A DNA stretch of 64,000 nt. Source: an uncultured Puniceicoccaceae bacterium. Its GTDB lineage: Bacteria; Verrucomicrobiota; Verrucomicrobiia; Opitutales; Oceanipulchritudinaceae. Where the stretch lies: positions 224,001 to 288,000 of the forward strand of contig CAWVVV010000003.1 in NCBI GenBank assembly GCA_963933835.1, read 5' to 3'. Made by a program: the position numbers and the translations under genes. The notes under the pieces were generated by a model that had not been told where the DNA came from, did no database searches, and was given only the letters and a program-made list of their open reading frames with translations. This document shows, in pieces, positions 29,044 through 39,939 of this stretch; positions within the stretch are counted from its first letter, which is position 1; every line of letters starts with the position of its first letter.

Positions 29044-31854
29044 GGTCTCGAGCAGGCGCTTGATCTCGTCGCGCTTGGCTTGAGTCTCGGCGAGTTGTTT
29101 GCGGGCGCCTTCGACGACTGCAGGCGGGGCGCTGTTGACGAATTTTTCGTTCTTCAACTTGCCTTCACCGGCACGGATGCCGCCTTCGAGTTTTTGTAGT
29201 TCTTTTTCAAGACGCGTGCGTTCGGCATCGACATCAATCGAGCCGGAGAGGTCGACGAAGACGGAACCCAGATTTGTCACTGAAGCAGGCATGCCTTCGG
29301 GAGCAGCGGACTCAATCGAGATCTTTGCTACCGGGATAAGGCTGAGGAGCATCTCCTCATTCTTCGTCAGCGCATCGCGGGAAGCATCGCTTTCTGGAAC
29401 GACGTAAAGATCGACATCCTTTTTATTTGCGAGGCGATACTGTGCTTTGAGAGCACGGGCGCGGGTGATGAATTCTTTAAGCGATTCGAGTTCATTCGCT
29501 GTTGTATCTGAAATCTCAATACCTTGGGCCTTGAGGCCCGCTTCAATCTCGTCGGCTTTCGCCACGCGATTATCTTGAAGGAGCTTGCCTTCGACGGCGA
29601 AGCCGAGCCCTTGGAAGAGCTCTTCAGTGATGAAAGGCAGAACTGGATGCAGGAGTAAGAGTCCCTGACGCAGAACGAGGTCGATGACGGCGAGGGCGTT
29701 GTCTCGATTCGCTTCGTCGCGCAGGCGTGGCTTTACGATCTCAACATACCAGTCGCAATAGTCGCTCCAGAGGAAGGCGTAGAGCTGCTCGCAGTATTGC
29801 GGCATCTCATAGCGCTCGAAGTTGCCTTCGATCTTACGCGTCGTCTCGATGAGGCGGGCGAGGATCCAGCGGTCAGCGGTTTCGAGCTGGGCAGGATCAA
29901 TGCGAGCAAACTGGCTCTCGAAGTCACTGCTTTTCACTACATCGCCACTCATCTGACGGAAGCGGATGGCGTTCCAAAGTTTATTACAGAAGTTGCGTCC
30001 GAGTTCTGAGGACGGCACGTCGATGCTTTCTCCATCCTTCGCCGGAGTGAACTTGTAGAGGATGTCTTGCCCGCTTGGCGCGAGACTGACGACGCCCCAG
30101 CGCATGGCATCGGCACCATACTTCTCGATGATCTCAAGCGGATCGGGTGAGTTGCCCAAGCTCTTCGACATCTTGCGGCCTTTGCCATCGCGAATAAGGC
30201 CGGTCATGTAGACGTCCTTAAACGGAATACGCTCTGCGAGCTGTTCATCGGTGAGGGTTTCGCTCGCCTCTCCTTTGAATTCGAGCCCCGCGATGATCAT
30301 GCGGGCGACCCAGAGGAAGATAATATCAAAGCCCGTCACGAGGACGCTTGTCGGGTAGAAGTAAGCGAGCTCTTTGGCTCCTTCGCCGTTTTCTTCCGGC
30401 CAGCCAAAGTTTGCTAGGCACCAGAGCCATGATGAGGCCCAGGTATCCAAAACATCATTCTCCTGCTCCCAGTTCTCGGGATCACTTGGGCCATCGACGG
30501 AGACGTGGACGAGCTCAGGATTCTGATAATCGGCTTCAGTCCAAGCGGAGCGATCACTCCCCTTCTTATACCAGACCGGAATGCGGTGCCCCCACCAAAG
30601 TTGGCGGCTGATGCACCAGTCGATCTTGTCGTTCTGCATCGTATCGAGCCAATGCATGTAAGTCTTTTCCCAGCGCTTGGGGTGGAACTGGATGATGCCT
30701 TTTTCGACGACCTGCTTGGCTTCTTCGACCTTCGGGTAGCGCATCCACCATTGTTGGGTGAGACGCGGCTCAACCGGCACGCCACCGCGCTCGGAGTAGC
30801 CGACGCTGTTTTCGTAGGCTTCGGTTTCGACGAGGAGTCCGAGTTCTTCGAGCTTCGCGATCGCTTTTTTGCGGGCTACGAAGCGATCGAGGCCGGCAAA
30901 GTCTTCTCCCGCTATGGCGCTGAGGGTGCCGTCGGGATTGAGGACGTCGATGATTGGCAGGTCGTGGCGTTGGCCGATCTCAAAGTCGACCGAGTCGTGC
31001 GCAGGCGTGACCTTGAGGCAACCGGTGCCAAATTCGCGGTCAACTGCCTCGTCACCAACGATAGGAATTTCTTCGCGTGGGAACGGGCGCCAAATTGTCT
31101 TTCCGATGAGATGCTGATAACGCTCGTCCTCAGGGTGAACCGCCACAGCGGTGTCGCCCATGATTGTCTCTGGACGCGTCGTCGAGATCTCCAAGTGCGT
31201 GCGCTTCACTCCATCGGGACCGGTGGACGGCTCGGCAAGCTCGTAGCGCATCTTGTAGAAGGAACCTTTCTGCGGACGCATGAGGACCTCTTCATTGCTG
31301 AGCGCAGTCTGGTCTTTCGGGCACCAGTTACTCATGCGTAGACCGCGGTAGAGGTAGCCGCGCTCGTAGAGTTTCACGAAGGCCGCTAGAACCGCTTTCG
31401 CATAGCTCTCATCGAGGGTGAAGCTCTGGCGATCCCAGTCGCAGGAAGCACCGAGTTTCTGGAGCTGATTAAAGATGATGCCGCCGTGCTCTTCCTTCCA
31501 CTTCCAAACTTCGTCGACAAACTTTTCGCGCCCGAGGTCGCGGCGATCGATGCCCTCTTCCTTCAGCTTCTTCTCGACCCGAGATTGCGTCGCAATGCCA
31601 GCGTGGTCGGTCCCGGGGTACCAGAGCGCCGACTTTCCTTCCAAGCGGGCACGGCGGGTAAAGATGTCCTGAAGGGTGTTGTTCAGGATGTGTCCCATGT
31701 GCAGAATCCCCGTCACATTCGGCGGCGGAATCATAATCGCGTGCGGCTCACGCTCGTCGTCGACAGTGGCCGCGAAGGCTTTTTGGCGGAGCCATTCGGC
31801 ATACCAGCGGTCTTCTACAGCAGAGGGGTCGTATGTTTTGGCGATTTCGGACAT
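29035..31854 (-). CDS. valS: Valine--tRNA ligase
   Basis: PPPNVTGILHMGH, DWCISRQLWWGHRIP, KMSKS and C-terminal coiled coil FVNSAP. Confidence 0.98.
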   Translation of the reverse strand: MSEIAKTYDPSAVEDRWYAEWLRQKAFAATVDDEREPHAIMIPPPNVTGILHMGHILNNTLQDIFTRRARLEGKSALWYPGTDHAGIATQSRVEKKLKEEGIDRRDLGREKFVDEVWKWKEEHGGIIFNQLQKLGASCDWDRQSFTLDESYAKAVLAAFVKLYERGYLYRGLRMSNWCPKDQTALSNEEVLMRPQKGSFYKMRYELAEPSTGPDGVKRTHLEISTTRPETIMGDTAVAVHPEDERYQHLIGKTIWRPFPREEIPIVGDEAVDREFGTGCLKVTPAHDSVDFEIGQRHDLPIIDVLNPDGTLSAIAGEDFAGLDRFVARKKAIAKLEELGLLVETEAYENSVGYSERGGVPVEPRLTQQWWMRYPKVEEAKQVVEKGIIQFHPKRWEKTYMHWLDTMQNDKIDWCISRQLWWGHRIPVWYKKGSDRSAWTEADYQNPELVHVSVDGPSDPENWEQENDVLDTWASSWLWCLANFGWPEENGEGAKELAYFYPTSVLVTGFDIIFLWVARMIIAGLEFKGEASETLTDEQLAERIPFKDVYMTGLIRDGKGRKMSKSLGNSPDPLEIIEKYGADAMRWGVVSLAPSGQDILYKFTPAKDGESIDVPSSELGRNFCNKLWNAIRFRQMSGDVVKSSDFESQFARIDPAQLETADRWILARLIETTRKIEGNFERYEMPQYCEQLYAFLWSDYCDWYVEIVKPRLRDEANRDNALAVIDLVLRQGLLLLHPVLPFITEELFQGLGFAVEGKLLQDNRVAKADEIEAGLKAQGIEISDTTANELESLKEFITRARALKAQYRLANKKDVDLYVVPESDASRDALTKNEEMLLSLIPVAKISIESAAPEGMPASVTNLGSVFVDLSGSIDVDAERTRLEKELQKLEGGIRAGEGKLKNEKFVNSAPPAVVEGARKQLAETQAKRDEIKRLLETLG

Positions 31855-32006
31855 GGTCTGAAAGGGGCTTAAAAGAAGCCGAAAAGAGAGTTCTTCCCAG
31901 CTCAGTAGGTCAACGGGAAACGCTAGGGGGGCAATCTAAGGGAAGGAGAAACAATCCGGCTACTCTTCCGTCTTGCCCCACGCCCGCACAACCCCAGCGT
32001 GAGGCG

Positions 32007-32732
32007 ATGGATAGCACCGAAGTGCGGCTACAAAAGTATCTCGCGGACCAAGGCATCGCCTCCCGCCGCCAAGCAGAAACTTTCATCGAAGAAGGGCGCG
32101 TGCGCGTGAACGGCCAACGCGCTAAACTCGGGACGAAAGTCACCGCGGGCAAAGATGAGGTCGTCTTCGATGGCAATCTGATTGGTCACATCCAGCAGAA
32201 GCCCGTCGTTCTCGCTTTGAACAAACCGAAGGGCCTTCTCTGTAGCCACCGCGATCCGTATCACAAGCGGACGATATATGACCTCATTCCTCCGCCCTTC
32301 AGCGAGCAACGTCTCTTCTGCGCTGGACGCCTCGACAAGGAGAGCGAAGGCCTGATCATCATCACAAACGACGGCGCACTCGTTCACCGCCTGACCCACC
32401 CTTCGAGCCAAATCATCAAACGCTATAAGGTGACTCTCGATAAAGACTTCAACGAGAAGCACACGCGCAACCTGCTCGAAGGCATCACCTGGGAGGGCGA
32501 ACGCCTGAAGGTAGAGAAGGTCCTTCCCGATCGCCACGTCGGCTGCCAAAACCAACTCGAACTCCACCTCCACCACGGGAAGAAACGTGAGATCCGCCGC
32601 CTCATGGTCGCACTCGGTTACGATGTGCAGCGTCTCCAACGCTTCCAAATTGGAAATCTCGGGGTGAAGGGCATCAGCAAGGGACAAGTCAAAGTCCTCC
32701 GCAAATCGGATATCGATCGATTATTCAATTGA
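32007..32732 (+). CDS. S4-domain rRNA pseudouridine synthase (RsuA/RluB family)
   Basis: RLQKYLA..GIASRR, LNKPKG, GRLDKESEGL and GKKREIRR. Confidence 0.9.
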   Translation: MDSTEVRLQKYLADQGIASRRQAETFIEEGRVRVNGQRAKLGTKVTAGKDEVVFDGNLIGHIQQKPVVLALNKPKGLLCSHRDPYHKRTIYDLIPPPFSEQRLFCAGRLDKESEGLIIITNDGALVHRLTHPSSQIIKRYKVTLDKDFNEKHTRNLLEGITWEGERLKVEKVLPDRHVGCQNQLELHLHHGKKREIRRLMVALGYDVQRLQRFQIGNLGVKGISKGQVKVLRKSDIDRLFN

Positions 32733-32773
32733 ACTGAACAAAGCTTCACGACACACTTTTAAAACCTTTCCCA

Positions 32774-33601
32774 ATGAGAACTCTGTCCTTCATCACCCTC
32801 TTTGCCACGATCACACTTTTGGCTTCAGCGGTTCAGGCGGTGCCTGTATCGCTCTATGCAACCCCGAATGAGTCGAGCCGCGTTATCGCCGTCGCAGAGC
32901 CAGGCTCAAGCAGCCTAGAACACAGCCAAAAGGTCTCGGAGCTTCCGGGTTGGAACTTTGCCGCTTACACTGGACCGATCACCGGTTATGTTGCGCTCGC
33001 CGATGTCGATGACTCCGGAAAACCAACCCTTGGCGCTCCCCTCCTCCTCGAGCCTAGCAGCGATGCCGAATCGATCGCATCCATTTTCCCCAGCGATGAG
33101 GTCTTGATCGAGACAAGTTCAAACCCAGAGTTCTTTCTCGTCACTTTTCAATCCTCGATCGGCCTCTACTATTCTGACCAACAACCCGTTGAAGTTATCA
33201 TCGTGGATGATGTCGTCGGCACAGTGGATACACCACCCGCAGTGGAAACCCCTGTGATAGAAGCGCCTGCAGTTGCAACGCCCGCAGAGGTCAAAGTGCC
33301 AGCGCCCACTGCACCTCCAGGACCGAAGCAAAAACCCACTCTAGTGGATACGTCCTTCACCCTGCGCGGCACCCTTCAGACCAAAATCTCTTCGTTCTAT
33401 TTCTTTGCCCCTCGTCATCGCTATCTGCTGAAGGACGACGATGGATCCCGCCTCGCGTGGCTCGAAATTGACAACGCGGTGCTGGCTCGACCGCTATCGT
33501 CCCTCATTGGCAAAGAAGTCGTCATCTATGGCGATCGAAAGCTGCTCCCTGAAAGCAGGGGTGCTTACATCGCGGTTCGAAGCATCCGCATCGCTTTCTA
33601 G
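32774..33601 (+). CDS. Secreted hypothetical protein (SH3-like N-terminal repeats, Pro-rich linker)
   Basis: Signal peptide; two LYATP/LLLEP SH3b-like segments; Pro/Ala/Thr-rich linker. Confidence 0.6.
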   Translation: MRTLSFITLFATITLLASAVQAVPVSLYATPNESSRVIAVAEPGSSSLEHSQKVSELPGWNFAAYTGPITGYVALADVDDSGKPTLGAPLLLEPSSDAESIASIFPSDEVLIETSSNPEFFLVTFQSSIGLYYSDQQPVEVIIVDDVVGTVDTPPAVETPVIEAPAVATPAEVKVPAPTAPPGPKQKPTLVDTSFTLRGTLQTKISSFYFFAPRHRYLLKDDDGSRLAWLEIDNAVLARPLSSLIGKEVVIYGDRKLLPESRGAYIAVRSIRIAF

Positions 33602-33702
33602 GATAGCTAAACTTTTTCAGGCAGTTACAAAAGTAGGCACCTCATTCTTTGTTTAGGACAGAGAAGAGAGCCCACGCACAGGCTTCGTCTAAAGTTATTC
33701 AT

Positions 33703-34587
33703 ATGAACGTAATTAGTGGTAAAACCATCTCTCAAAGTATCTTCAACGAGATCAAAGACTGTGTCAGCCAGCTGGATGGGCGTCCGCCAGCGGTGGCCTT
33801 TATTCGAGTTGGTGACGATCCAGCGTCCGTTTCCTACGTCCGCACGAAGGAAAAGCGGGCAATTGAAGTCGGGATCAAGTCACTCATGCACTTGCTCCCG
33901 GAAACAATCAGCCAAGAGGAGCTATTTGCCGTCATCGACGAGCTAAATGCAGACGAGACGATCGATGGGATCCTCGTACAGGCCCCGCTCCCGAGCCATC
34001 TCGACGAACGCGCCACCTTCAACCGCGTCTTACCGGACAAAGACGTCGACGGCTTCAACAGCGCCAATCTCGGCCGCCTTGTGCAAGACGATCCAGACGG
34101 ATTTATCGCCTGCACCCCAGCGGGCGTCGTAGAGATGATCAAACGCAGCGGCATCGAAACTACGGGTCGCCACGTCGTCGTGCTCGGCCGAAGTCTCATC
34201 GTTGGAAAGCCCGCAGCCCTCCTTTTCATGCGCAAAGGCGCTTTCGCAGATGCGACCGTGACGGTCTGCCACTCACGCACCCAGAACCTAGCAGAGATCA
34301 CAAAAAAGGCAGATATCCTCATCGCGGCGATAGGAAGACCTCATTTTGTCACTGCGGATATGGTTAAAGAGGGAGCCGTGGTGGTCGATGTTGGAATCAA
34401 TCGTGTTGATGCACCTGAAACAGCAAAAGGTTACAAAGTCGTAGGAGATGTTGATTATGACGCTGTGGCCCCGAAAACATCACATATCACTCCCGTCCCT
34501 GGCGGGGTTGGTCTAATGACAGTGGCCATGCTCATGGCTAACACCTTCAAAGCGTACCAGCTCCATACCGCCGCCCTGAAAACATAA
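33703..34587 (+). CDS. folD: Bifunctional methylene-THF dehydrogenase/cyclohydrolase
   Basis: VGDDPASVSYV, KDVDGF, CTPAG, GRSLIVGKP and ITPVPGGVG. Confidence 0.96.
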   Translation: MNVISGKTISQSIFNEIKDCVSQLDGRPPAVAFIRVGDDPASVSYVRTKEKRAIEVGIKSLMHLLPETISQEELFAVIDELNADETIDGILVQAPLPSHLDERATFNRVLPDKDVDGFNSANLGRLVQDDPDGFIACTPAGVVEMIKRSGIETTGRHVVVLGRSLIVGKPAALLFMRKGAFADATVTVCHSRTQNLAEITKKADILIAAIGRPHFVTADMVKEGAVVVDVGINRVDAPETAKGYKVVGDVDYDAVAPKTSHITPVPGGVGLMTVAMLMANTFKAYQLHTAALKT

Positions 34588-34593
34588 AACTCA

Positions 34594-35778
34594 GTGAAAA
34601 CTCCTTCCAAAGTCCTCGTCGTTGACGACCAGCCCGTAAATGTAAAACTTCTCCAACGTAAATTGGAGCGCGTGGGCATGAGTGTCGTCACTGCATTTCG
34701 AGGGGAGCAAGCACTCAAACTTGCTAAGGAAGAGCTGCCAGACATTATCCTTCTCGACATCATGATGCCTGAAGTGGACGGATTTGAAGTCTGGCGTCGG
34801 CTCAAAGAGAAGAAGTCAACCAAGTCGATCCCAGTCATCTTTATCACTGCGAAGACATCTCGTGAGGGTAAACTGAAGGGTCTAGATACAGGCGCTGCAG
34901 ACTACATTACAAAACCGATCGACCTCGACGAAACGATCGCTCGGATCAATGCGCAGCTTAAAATCCAGCAAAACCACAAAGAGAATCTAAACCTGCAGAA
35001 CCGCCTCAGTGAGATGCGCAAGCAGGCTGCCGTCGGCCATGTTGTCGAAGGGATTGCTCACAATTTAAATAATCTCCTTGGGGTCGTCGTTGGCTACCTC
35101 GATCTCATGCGTAACTCTTTCGATTCGAAAGAACGTTTCGACCGCAGCTCTGACCAGCTCGACAGTGGCGTAAAGCGCTTGGTGGAGATCGTTCGCCAGC
35201 TCACGACAGTGGCTGAGTTCGATGAAGTCAGAAAGTCACCCCACTCCCTCGAAGTCATCGTCGAGAACGGCATTCAACGCTTTCATCAGGAAACGGGGAT
35301 ACACCATCCCGTGAAGCTCACGATGCGCGATCTGGACATGGACATCGATACGAACGCTGAGATGCTCGAAGACACCGTCGTCCGACTGCTTACTAATTCG
35401 TGGGAGAGCTATGAGCGCTTGCCGGAAGTGCCGGAAACACGGCCACTCAATATCGAGGTAGCGATGTCTAGCTATTTGGATAAACCGGCTGCACTGATCC
35501 AAATCATCGACGAAGGCTGCGGACTTCCCGAAGATATGTTGGAAAACGTCTTTGATCCATTTGTCACCACCGACCCAGCTGTTGGGCGTGGCATGGGAAT
35601 GACAATTGCACGTCACTCAATTCGCTCCCTTGGCGGTGATATCCATATCTCAAACCAGCCGACCGGCGCCGCCATCGTTGCGATCAAGCATCCCTTGGGT
35701 ATTGATGACAAACCATCGATGGTGGACGTCGTCTCAGGCAAAGCGCAGGTAAATCTGCCCGTCAGCAACCGCTTTTAG
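34594..35778 (+). CDS. Response regulator-histidine kinase hybrid (REC-HisKA-HATPase)
   Basis: VLVVDD, LLDIMMP, GIAHNLNN, DEGCG, FDPFVT and GMGM. Confidence 0.88.
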   Translation: MKTPSKVLVVDDQPVNVKLLQRKLERVGMSVVTAFRGEQALKLAKEELPDIILLDIMMPEVDGFEVWRRLKEKKSTKSIPVIFITAKTSREGKLKGLDTGAADYITKPIDLDETIARINAQLKIQQNHKENLNLQNRLSEMRKQAAVGHVVEGIAHNLNNLLGVVVGYLDLMRNSFDSKERFDRSSDQLDSGVKRLVEIVRQLTTVAEFDEVRKSPHSLEVIVENGIQRFHQETGIHHPVKLTMRDLDMDIDTNAEMLEDTVVRLLTNSWESYERLPEVPETRPLNIEVAMSSYLDKPAALIQIIDEGCGLPEDMLENVFDPFVTTDPAVGRGMGMTIARHSIRSLGGDIHISNQPTGAAIVAIKHPLGIDDKPSMVDVVSGKAQVNLPVSNRF

Positions 35779-35851
35779 AAGCGCGCTGGGGAGAACCCAA
35801 CGCGAAAGGTGCCTTGCCAGTCGGGGCATTCTTAACAATAGTCTCACTGAT

Positions 35852-36664
35852 ATGAAATCAGGAGAGCAGCTCGGCTTCATAGGTTCAGGCCGCATGGCGC
35901 AAGCCATGATCAAAGGGATTCTCGAAAACGCTTATTGCGCACCCGATCAAATCCGATGCACCAGCGCGACGGATGGAACAGGAGAAGCCGCAGCGACACG
36001 TTTTGGCATTTCATACACGCCTGATCTCGACGCGCTCGTCGATCCCAGCGATACGCTCATCCTCGCGATTAAACCGCAGCAGCTGAATGACCTTCCGAGC
36101 TCTATTGCAGAGGACACGCAGGGCAAGTTGATCGTCTCGATCCTTGCAGGCACTCCGCTCAAAAAGCTCCAAGCGACCTTTCCAAAAGCACGCAACATCG
36201 TCCGCGCGATGCCCAACACACCGGGCATGATCGGGCATGGGGTGACTGCTTATGCTTCGGCAAACACCCTCAGTGAAACTGACGACAGTATCGCCGTCGG
36301 ACTCCTCGGGGCCCTAGGAAAACTCATTTCCCTGCCGGAAGATAAGCTGGACGCTGTCACCGGCGTGAGCGGAAGCGGACCAGCCTACCTCTTTGAATTT
36401 GTCGCAGCCCTCCGCGACGGTGGTATCGCAGCTGGGCTCGACAGCGAGACAGCCTATACCCTCGCTCTGGAAACGACGCGAGGCGCTGCCGAACTGCTCA
36501 AACAAGTACCTGAGACACCCGAGCAACATCGCGACTGGGTGAGCTCTCCCGGAGGCACGACGCTCGCTGGGCTAGGCGTAATGAAAAGCCACGACGTTCG
36601 CCAAATTCTGAAAGACACCGTTCTCGCAGCCGCCGCCCGCTCGAAAGAGCTCGCGCAGGATTAA
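35852..36664 (+). CDS. proC: Pyrroline-5-carboxylate reductase
   Basis: GFIGSGRMA, LAIKPQ, RAMPNTP, TGVSGSGPAY and VSSPGGTT. Confidence 0.96.
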   Translation: MKSGEQLGFIGSGRMAQAMIKGILENAYCAPDQIRCTSATDGTGEAAATRFGISYTPDLDALVDPSDTLILAIKPQQLNDLPSSIAEDTQGKLIVSILAGTPLKKLQATFPKARNIVRAMPNTPGMIGHGVTAYASANTLSETDDSIAVGLLGALGKLISLPEDKLDAVTGVSGSGPAYLFEFVAALRDGGIAAGLDSETAYTLALETTRGAAELLKQVPETPEQHRDWVSSPGGTTLAGLGVMKSHDVRQILKDTVLAAAARSKELAQD

Positions 36665-37437
36665 AGGTCGAGATCAACGCCCACTGGGCAGTGGTCGCTT
36701 CCCATCACATCCGGCCAGATAAAGGCGTCCTTCAAATTCGGGCGCAGTGCTTCTGACAAGCAAACGTAGTCGATTCTCCACCCGACATTTCTAGAGCGTG
36801 CACCCATCCGGTAGCTCCACCAAGTGTAGTGATCAGGCTCATCTGGATGCAGCTCGCGGAAGCTATCGATAAAACCCGCCTTAAAGTGTCCTGAAAGTTC
36901 ACTACGTTCTTCATCGGTGAAGCCGGCGTTCTTTCGATTCGTTTTCGGATTCCTCAAATCGATCTCCTCGTAGGCAACATTGAGGTCACCGCAGAAAACC
37001 AGTGGCTTCTTAGCTGAAAGGGCCGAGCAATATTTACGAAATTTCTTGTCCCAAGTTTGCGTCCGAAACTCGAGCCGCGCGAGCTCGTTACCCGAATTTG
37101 GGGTATACACATTGAGGAGGTAAAAGTCATCGAATTCCGCGGTAATCACCCTGCCCTCTGCATCCCCTTCGGCCTCGCCAATGCCAGTCCAGACTGAGAT
37201 CGGTGCAACGCGTGTGGCAACCAGCGTACCTGAGTAGCCTAGCTTGTTAGCCGAGTTCCAAAACACCTGATAGCCCTCCGGCCAATCAAACTCAACCTGC
37301 TCGGCTCGCGCCTTGATTTCTTGCAGGCAAATCACGTCAGCGTCGGCCTTCGCGACAAAGTCAGCAAAGCCCTTCCCGATGGCAGCCCTCAGGCCATTCA
37401 CATTCCAGCTCACAATACGCATACCTTCGAGGCTCAT
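36661..37437 (-). CDS. xth: Exodeoxyribonuclease III / AP endonuclease
   Basis: SWNVNGLRA, CLQEIK, EGRVI, VYTPN, GDLNVA, YTWWSYR, GWRIDY and SDHCP. Confidence 0.93.
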   Translation of the reverse strand: MSLEGMRIVSWNVNGLRAAIGKGFADFVAKADADVICLQEIKARAEQVEFDWPEGYQVFWNSANKLGYSGTLVATRVAPISVWTGIGEAEGDAEGRVITAEFDDFYLLNVYTPNSGNELARLEFRTQTWDKKFRKYCSALSAKKPLVFCGDLNVAYEEIDLRNPKTNRKNAGFTDEERSELSGHFKAGFIDSFRELHPDEPDHYTWWSYRMGARSRNVGWRIDYVCLSEALRPNLKDAFIWPDVMGSDHCPVGVDLDL

Positions 37438-37530
37438 CGAGCCCTCCCTCAAAGCAAGGGTTATCGGCACTTTTTGAAAAGATGAGACACTTGCTATTAC
37501 GATGCCGGCACGTTTGTCTGGATAAGAACT

Positions 37531-37845
37531 ATGATCCTAACAAATTTGGAAACCGTCCCTGGTAAAAATATCCTGGCACATTACGGACTGGTGTCGGGCA
37601 ACACGGTACGAGCAAAGCACGTTGGTAGGGACATCGCTGCGAGCCTCAAAAACATCGTCGGAGGCGAGCTCAAAGGTTACACAGAACTTCTTGAAGACTC
37701 GCGCAAAGAAGCAACCGCGCGCATGTCCGAGCAGGCGACAGCACTTGGAGCGAACGCCGTCATCAATATACGCTTTTCCACCTCCGCCGTGGCCCAAGGC
37801 GCCTCCGAACTCTACGTCTACGGCACTGCCGTAAGCGTCGAATAA
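37531..37845 (+). CDS. YbjQ (UPF0145) family protein
   Basis: GRDIAASLKNIVGGELKGYTELL, GANAV and YGTAV. Confidence 0.9.
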   Translation: MILTNLETVPGKNILAHYGLVSGNTVRAKHVGRDIAASLKNIVGGELKGYTELLEDSRKEATARMSEQATALGANAVINIRFSTSAVAQGASELYVYGTAVSVE

Positions 37846-37870
37846 GGACCAGAAACGAATCACGCGAACG

Positions 37871-38344
37871 ATGTCTACTGGACTCCTCATTGCCCTCGCC
37901 TATGGCATACCGCTGATCTTAGCCGTCGGTGGCTTGATCATCGGAACGATTCTTGAGCGGCGCCACTTCGTCTCGATACGTGAACGCGAAGCTCGCTTTC
38001 TACATTGCCCAGCGATAACGAGCAAACACTGGGACGCATCCCGAACCGTCGACGCAAGCACGATCGTTTCGGCATCGACGGTTGTTTCTCTCGATTACTT
38101 TAAGCGCATTCTAGCTAACTTAAGAAACCTCTTTGGAGGGCGTGTTCGCTCCTACGAAACCCTCATGGATCGCGCAAAACGCGAAGCGATTCTTCGCCTC
38201 CACGAGGCTTCACCTGAATGCGAGATCATCCTTAACCTCCGTATTCAAACCACTACGATCGTATCCGTGCACAACCGCGGCAAAGGTATCGGCGGTATTG
38301 AGGTCCTCGCATACGGTACCGCTGTGCGTTATACGGCTGTTTAA
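37871..38344 (+). CDS. Membrane-anchored YbjQ-family protein
   Basis: N-terminal TM; DYFKR..LRNLFGGRVRSYETLMDRAKREA and EVLAYGTAV. Confidence 0.85.
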   Translation: MSTGLLIALAYGIPLILAVGGLIIGTILERRHFVSIREREARFLHCPAITSKHWDASRTVDASTIVSASTVVSLDYFKRILANLRNLFGGRVRSYETLMDRAKREAILRLHEASPECEIILNLRIQTTTIVSVHNRGKGIGGIEVLAYGTAVRYTAV

Positions 38345-38986
38345 ATGAAGTTCGTCCAACGTCCGCTTGGCGAAGCCACTGAAGTGAACAGTGGAGGCGG
38401 CATAGGTTCAAAAATTCGCGAGATTGCGACCCTCGGTGGTCTAGCACTCCTCACCCTCCTCGGTCTCTTTTTTGTCGTTAGCTGGATCACTGATGCAGTC
38501 GTTTACCGACTTTCACCGCAAAGAGAAGCCAAGCTCTTTGCCTTCTACGGCGACACCTTCACGGGGGATATTCAGGTTCCGGAAGCACTCGAGGCAAAAT
38601 GGTCAAAAGCACACGAACTCCTCGATGAACTCGTCGCCGCATCCGATCTCGGCGAGATCAATTTCAAGCTGGGATATCTCGCATCAGAGGAACCCAATGC
38701 CCTCGCTGTCCCCGGAGGCTCAATCGTTCTAACTCAAGGCCTCCTCAAGGGCGTCGAAAGTGACATTGGCCTCGCCTTCGTCCTCGAGCACTCCCGCGAG
38801 CGCGAAGCGGCAGCCGATGCCTACGCGATCGCCCTCCTTGAAAAGACTTATGAGACGACAGAAGGTGCCGGGGAACTCTTTCGGCTACTCGAAGAAACGA
38901 ATGATCTACCTGGCTGGGCCTACATGTTCGCAACCCATCCCGATAACCTCGAGCGCTTGAAGAAACTCGCCAAAGATACGCAATAA
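38345..38986 (+). pseudogene. M48-family metallopeptidase with an in-frame deletion of the HEXXH region
   Basis: PNALAVPGGSIVLTQGLL...LAFVL joins directly to HSREREAAAD, then THPD..ER; the HExGH helix and the following segment are absent. Confidence 0.75.
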
Positions 38987-39091
38987 AACGGAGACCAAAC
39001 GGGGTGTTTCACCTAATTCGTGCTTGATCCTAAATGACATAAGCGCCATAAAAGGCATTTCTCTGTCTAAAATATCTGTATAGGAACTGTC

Positions 39092-39918
39092 ATGAAACAC
39101 GCCCCGATTCTCTCCCTCTCTGTCTTTCTCGCCGCCTCTGCTGCAACGTCCGTTAGCGCCACCATTATGATGACGCCGGTGCAAAACGGCACCTTCGGGA
39201 GCTCCAGTGATGGCACCTATACCGACTTTGCCTTTGGGCCTACTATTTTGGCGGGCAAGACCAAATCAGCGGCTTTAAGAAATTCGATTCATCACTAGGC
39301 ACCCTCACAAGCGTCCTCCTCTCTTTCACTTACACAGCGTCAGCAGACACCTCCCTAGAAGTCTATGCGGTTGGACCGGACATCCCGTTTGGTGACGGTT
39401 TCTTTGCCTCTTATTTCTCGGATGTTCAAACCGACGTGATCTACGGCCCTTCGAATACTTCATTCGGCCATTCAGCAGTGACGCACGGCTTTAGTCTCAC
39501 CGGCGGCTACATTGATGGCGACGTTGACGATTTTGTTTTCTTCGACCCGAACGAAGGTGATGATGTTTTAGTGGCTTTCGACGGATCCCACGATGCTGCT
39601 GGACCAGACACCGCAAACGGTCAAATCGATCCTGCAGCCTCATTTTTCTTCGCGAATGATTTCGTCGGATCACCAACCGAAGAAGTAGATACCCTTTTCG
39701 CTGGTTTCTACTTAGAGGCTATTGATGGTTTTGATGCAGACACCTCGCTCGACCCAAACACGGTCTTTGTTGACGTAGGCGTCATGATGGACGCAGGCAC
39801 CGCTACACTCCAATATGTTTACGATGATGGTATTGGCGCTATCCCAGAACCTGCCACCGCCAGCGCACTCTTCGGCCTGATCGCACTGGGCGGGATGATT
39901 ACGCGCCGGCGGCGCTAA
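39092..39918 (+). pseudogene. PEP-CTERM protein (choice-of-anchor E-like) with a frameshift near 39240
   Basis: Signal peptide in the first frame; the second frame reads YYFGGQDQISGFKKFDSSLGTLTSVLLSF... continuously to IPEPATASALFGLIALGGMITRRRR. Confidence 0.8.
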
Positions 39919-39939
39919 GCTAAAGCGACCCCCTCGGCT

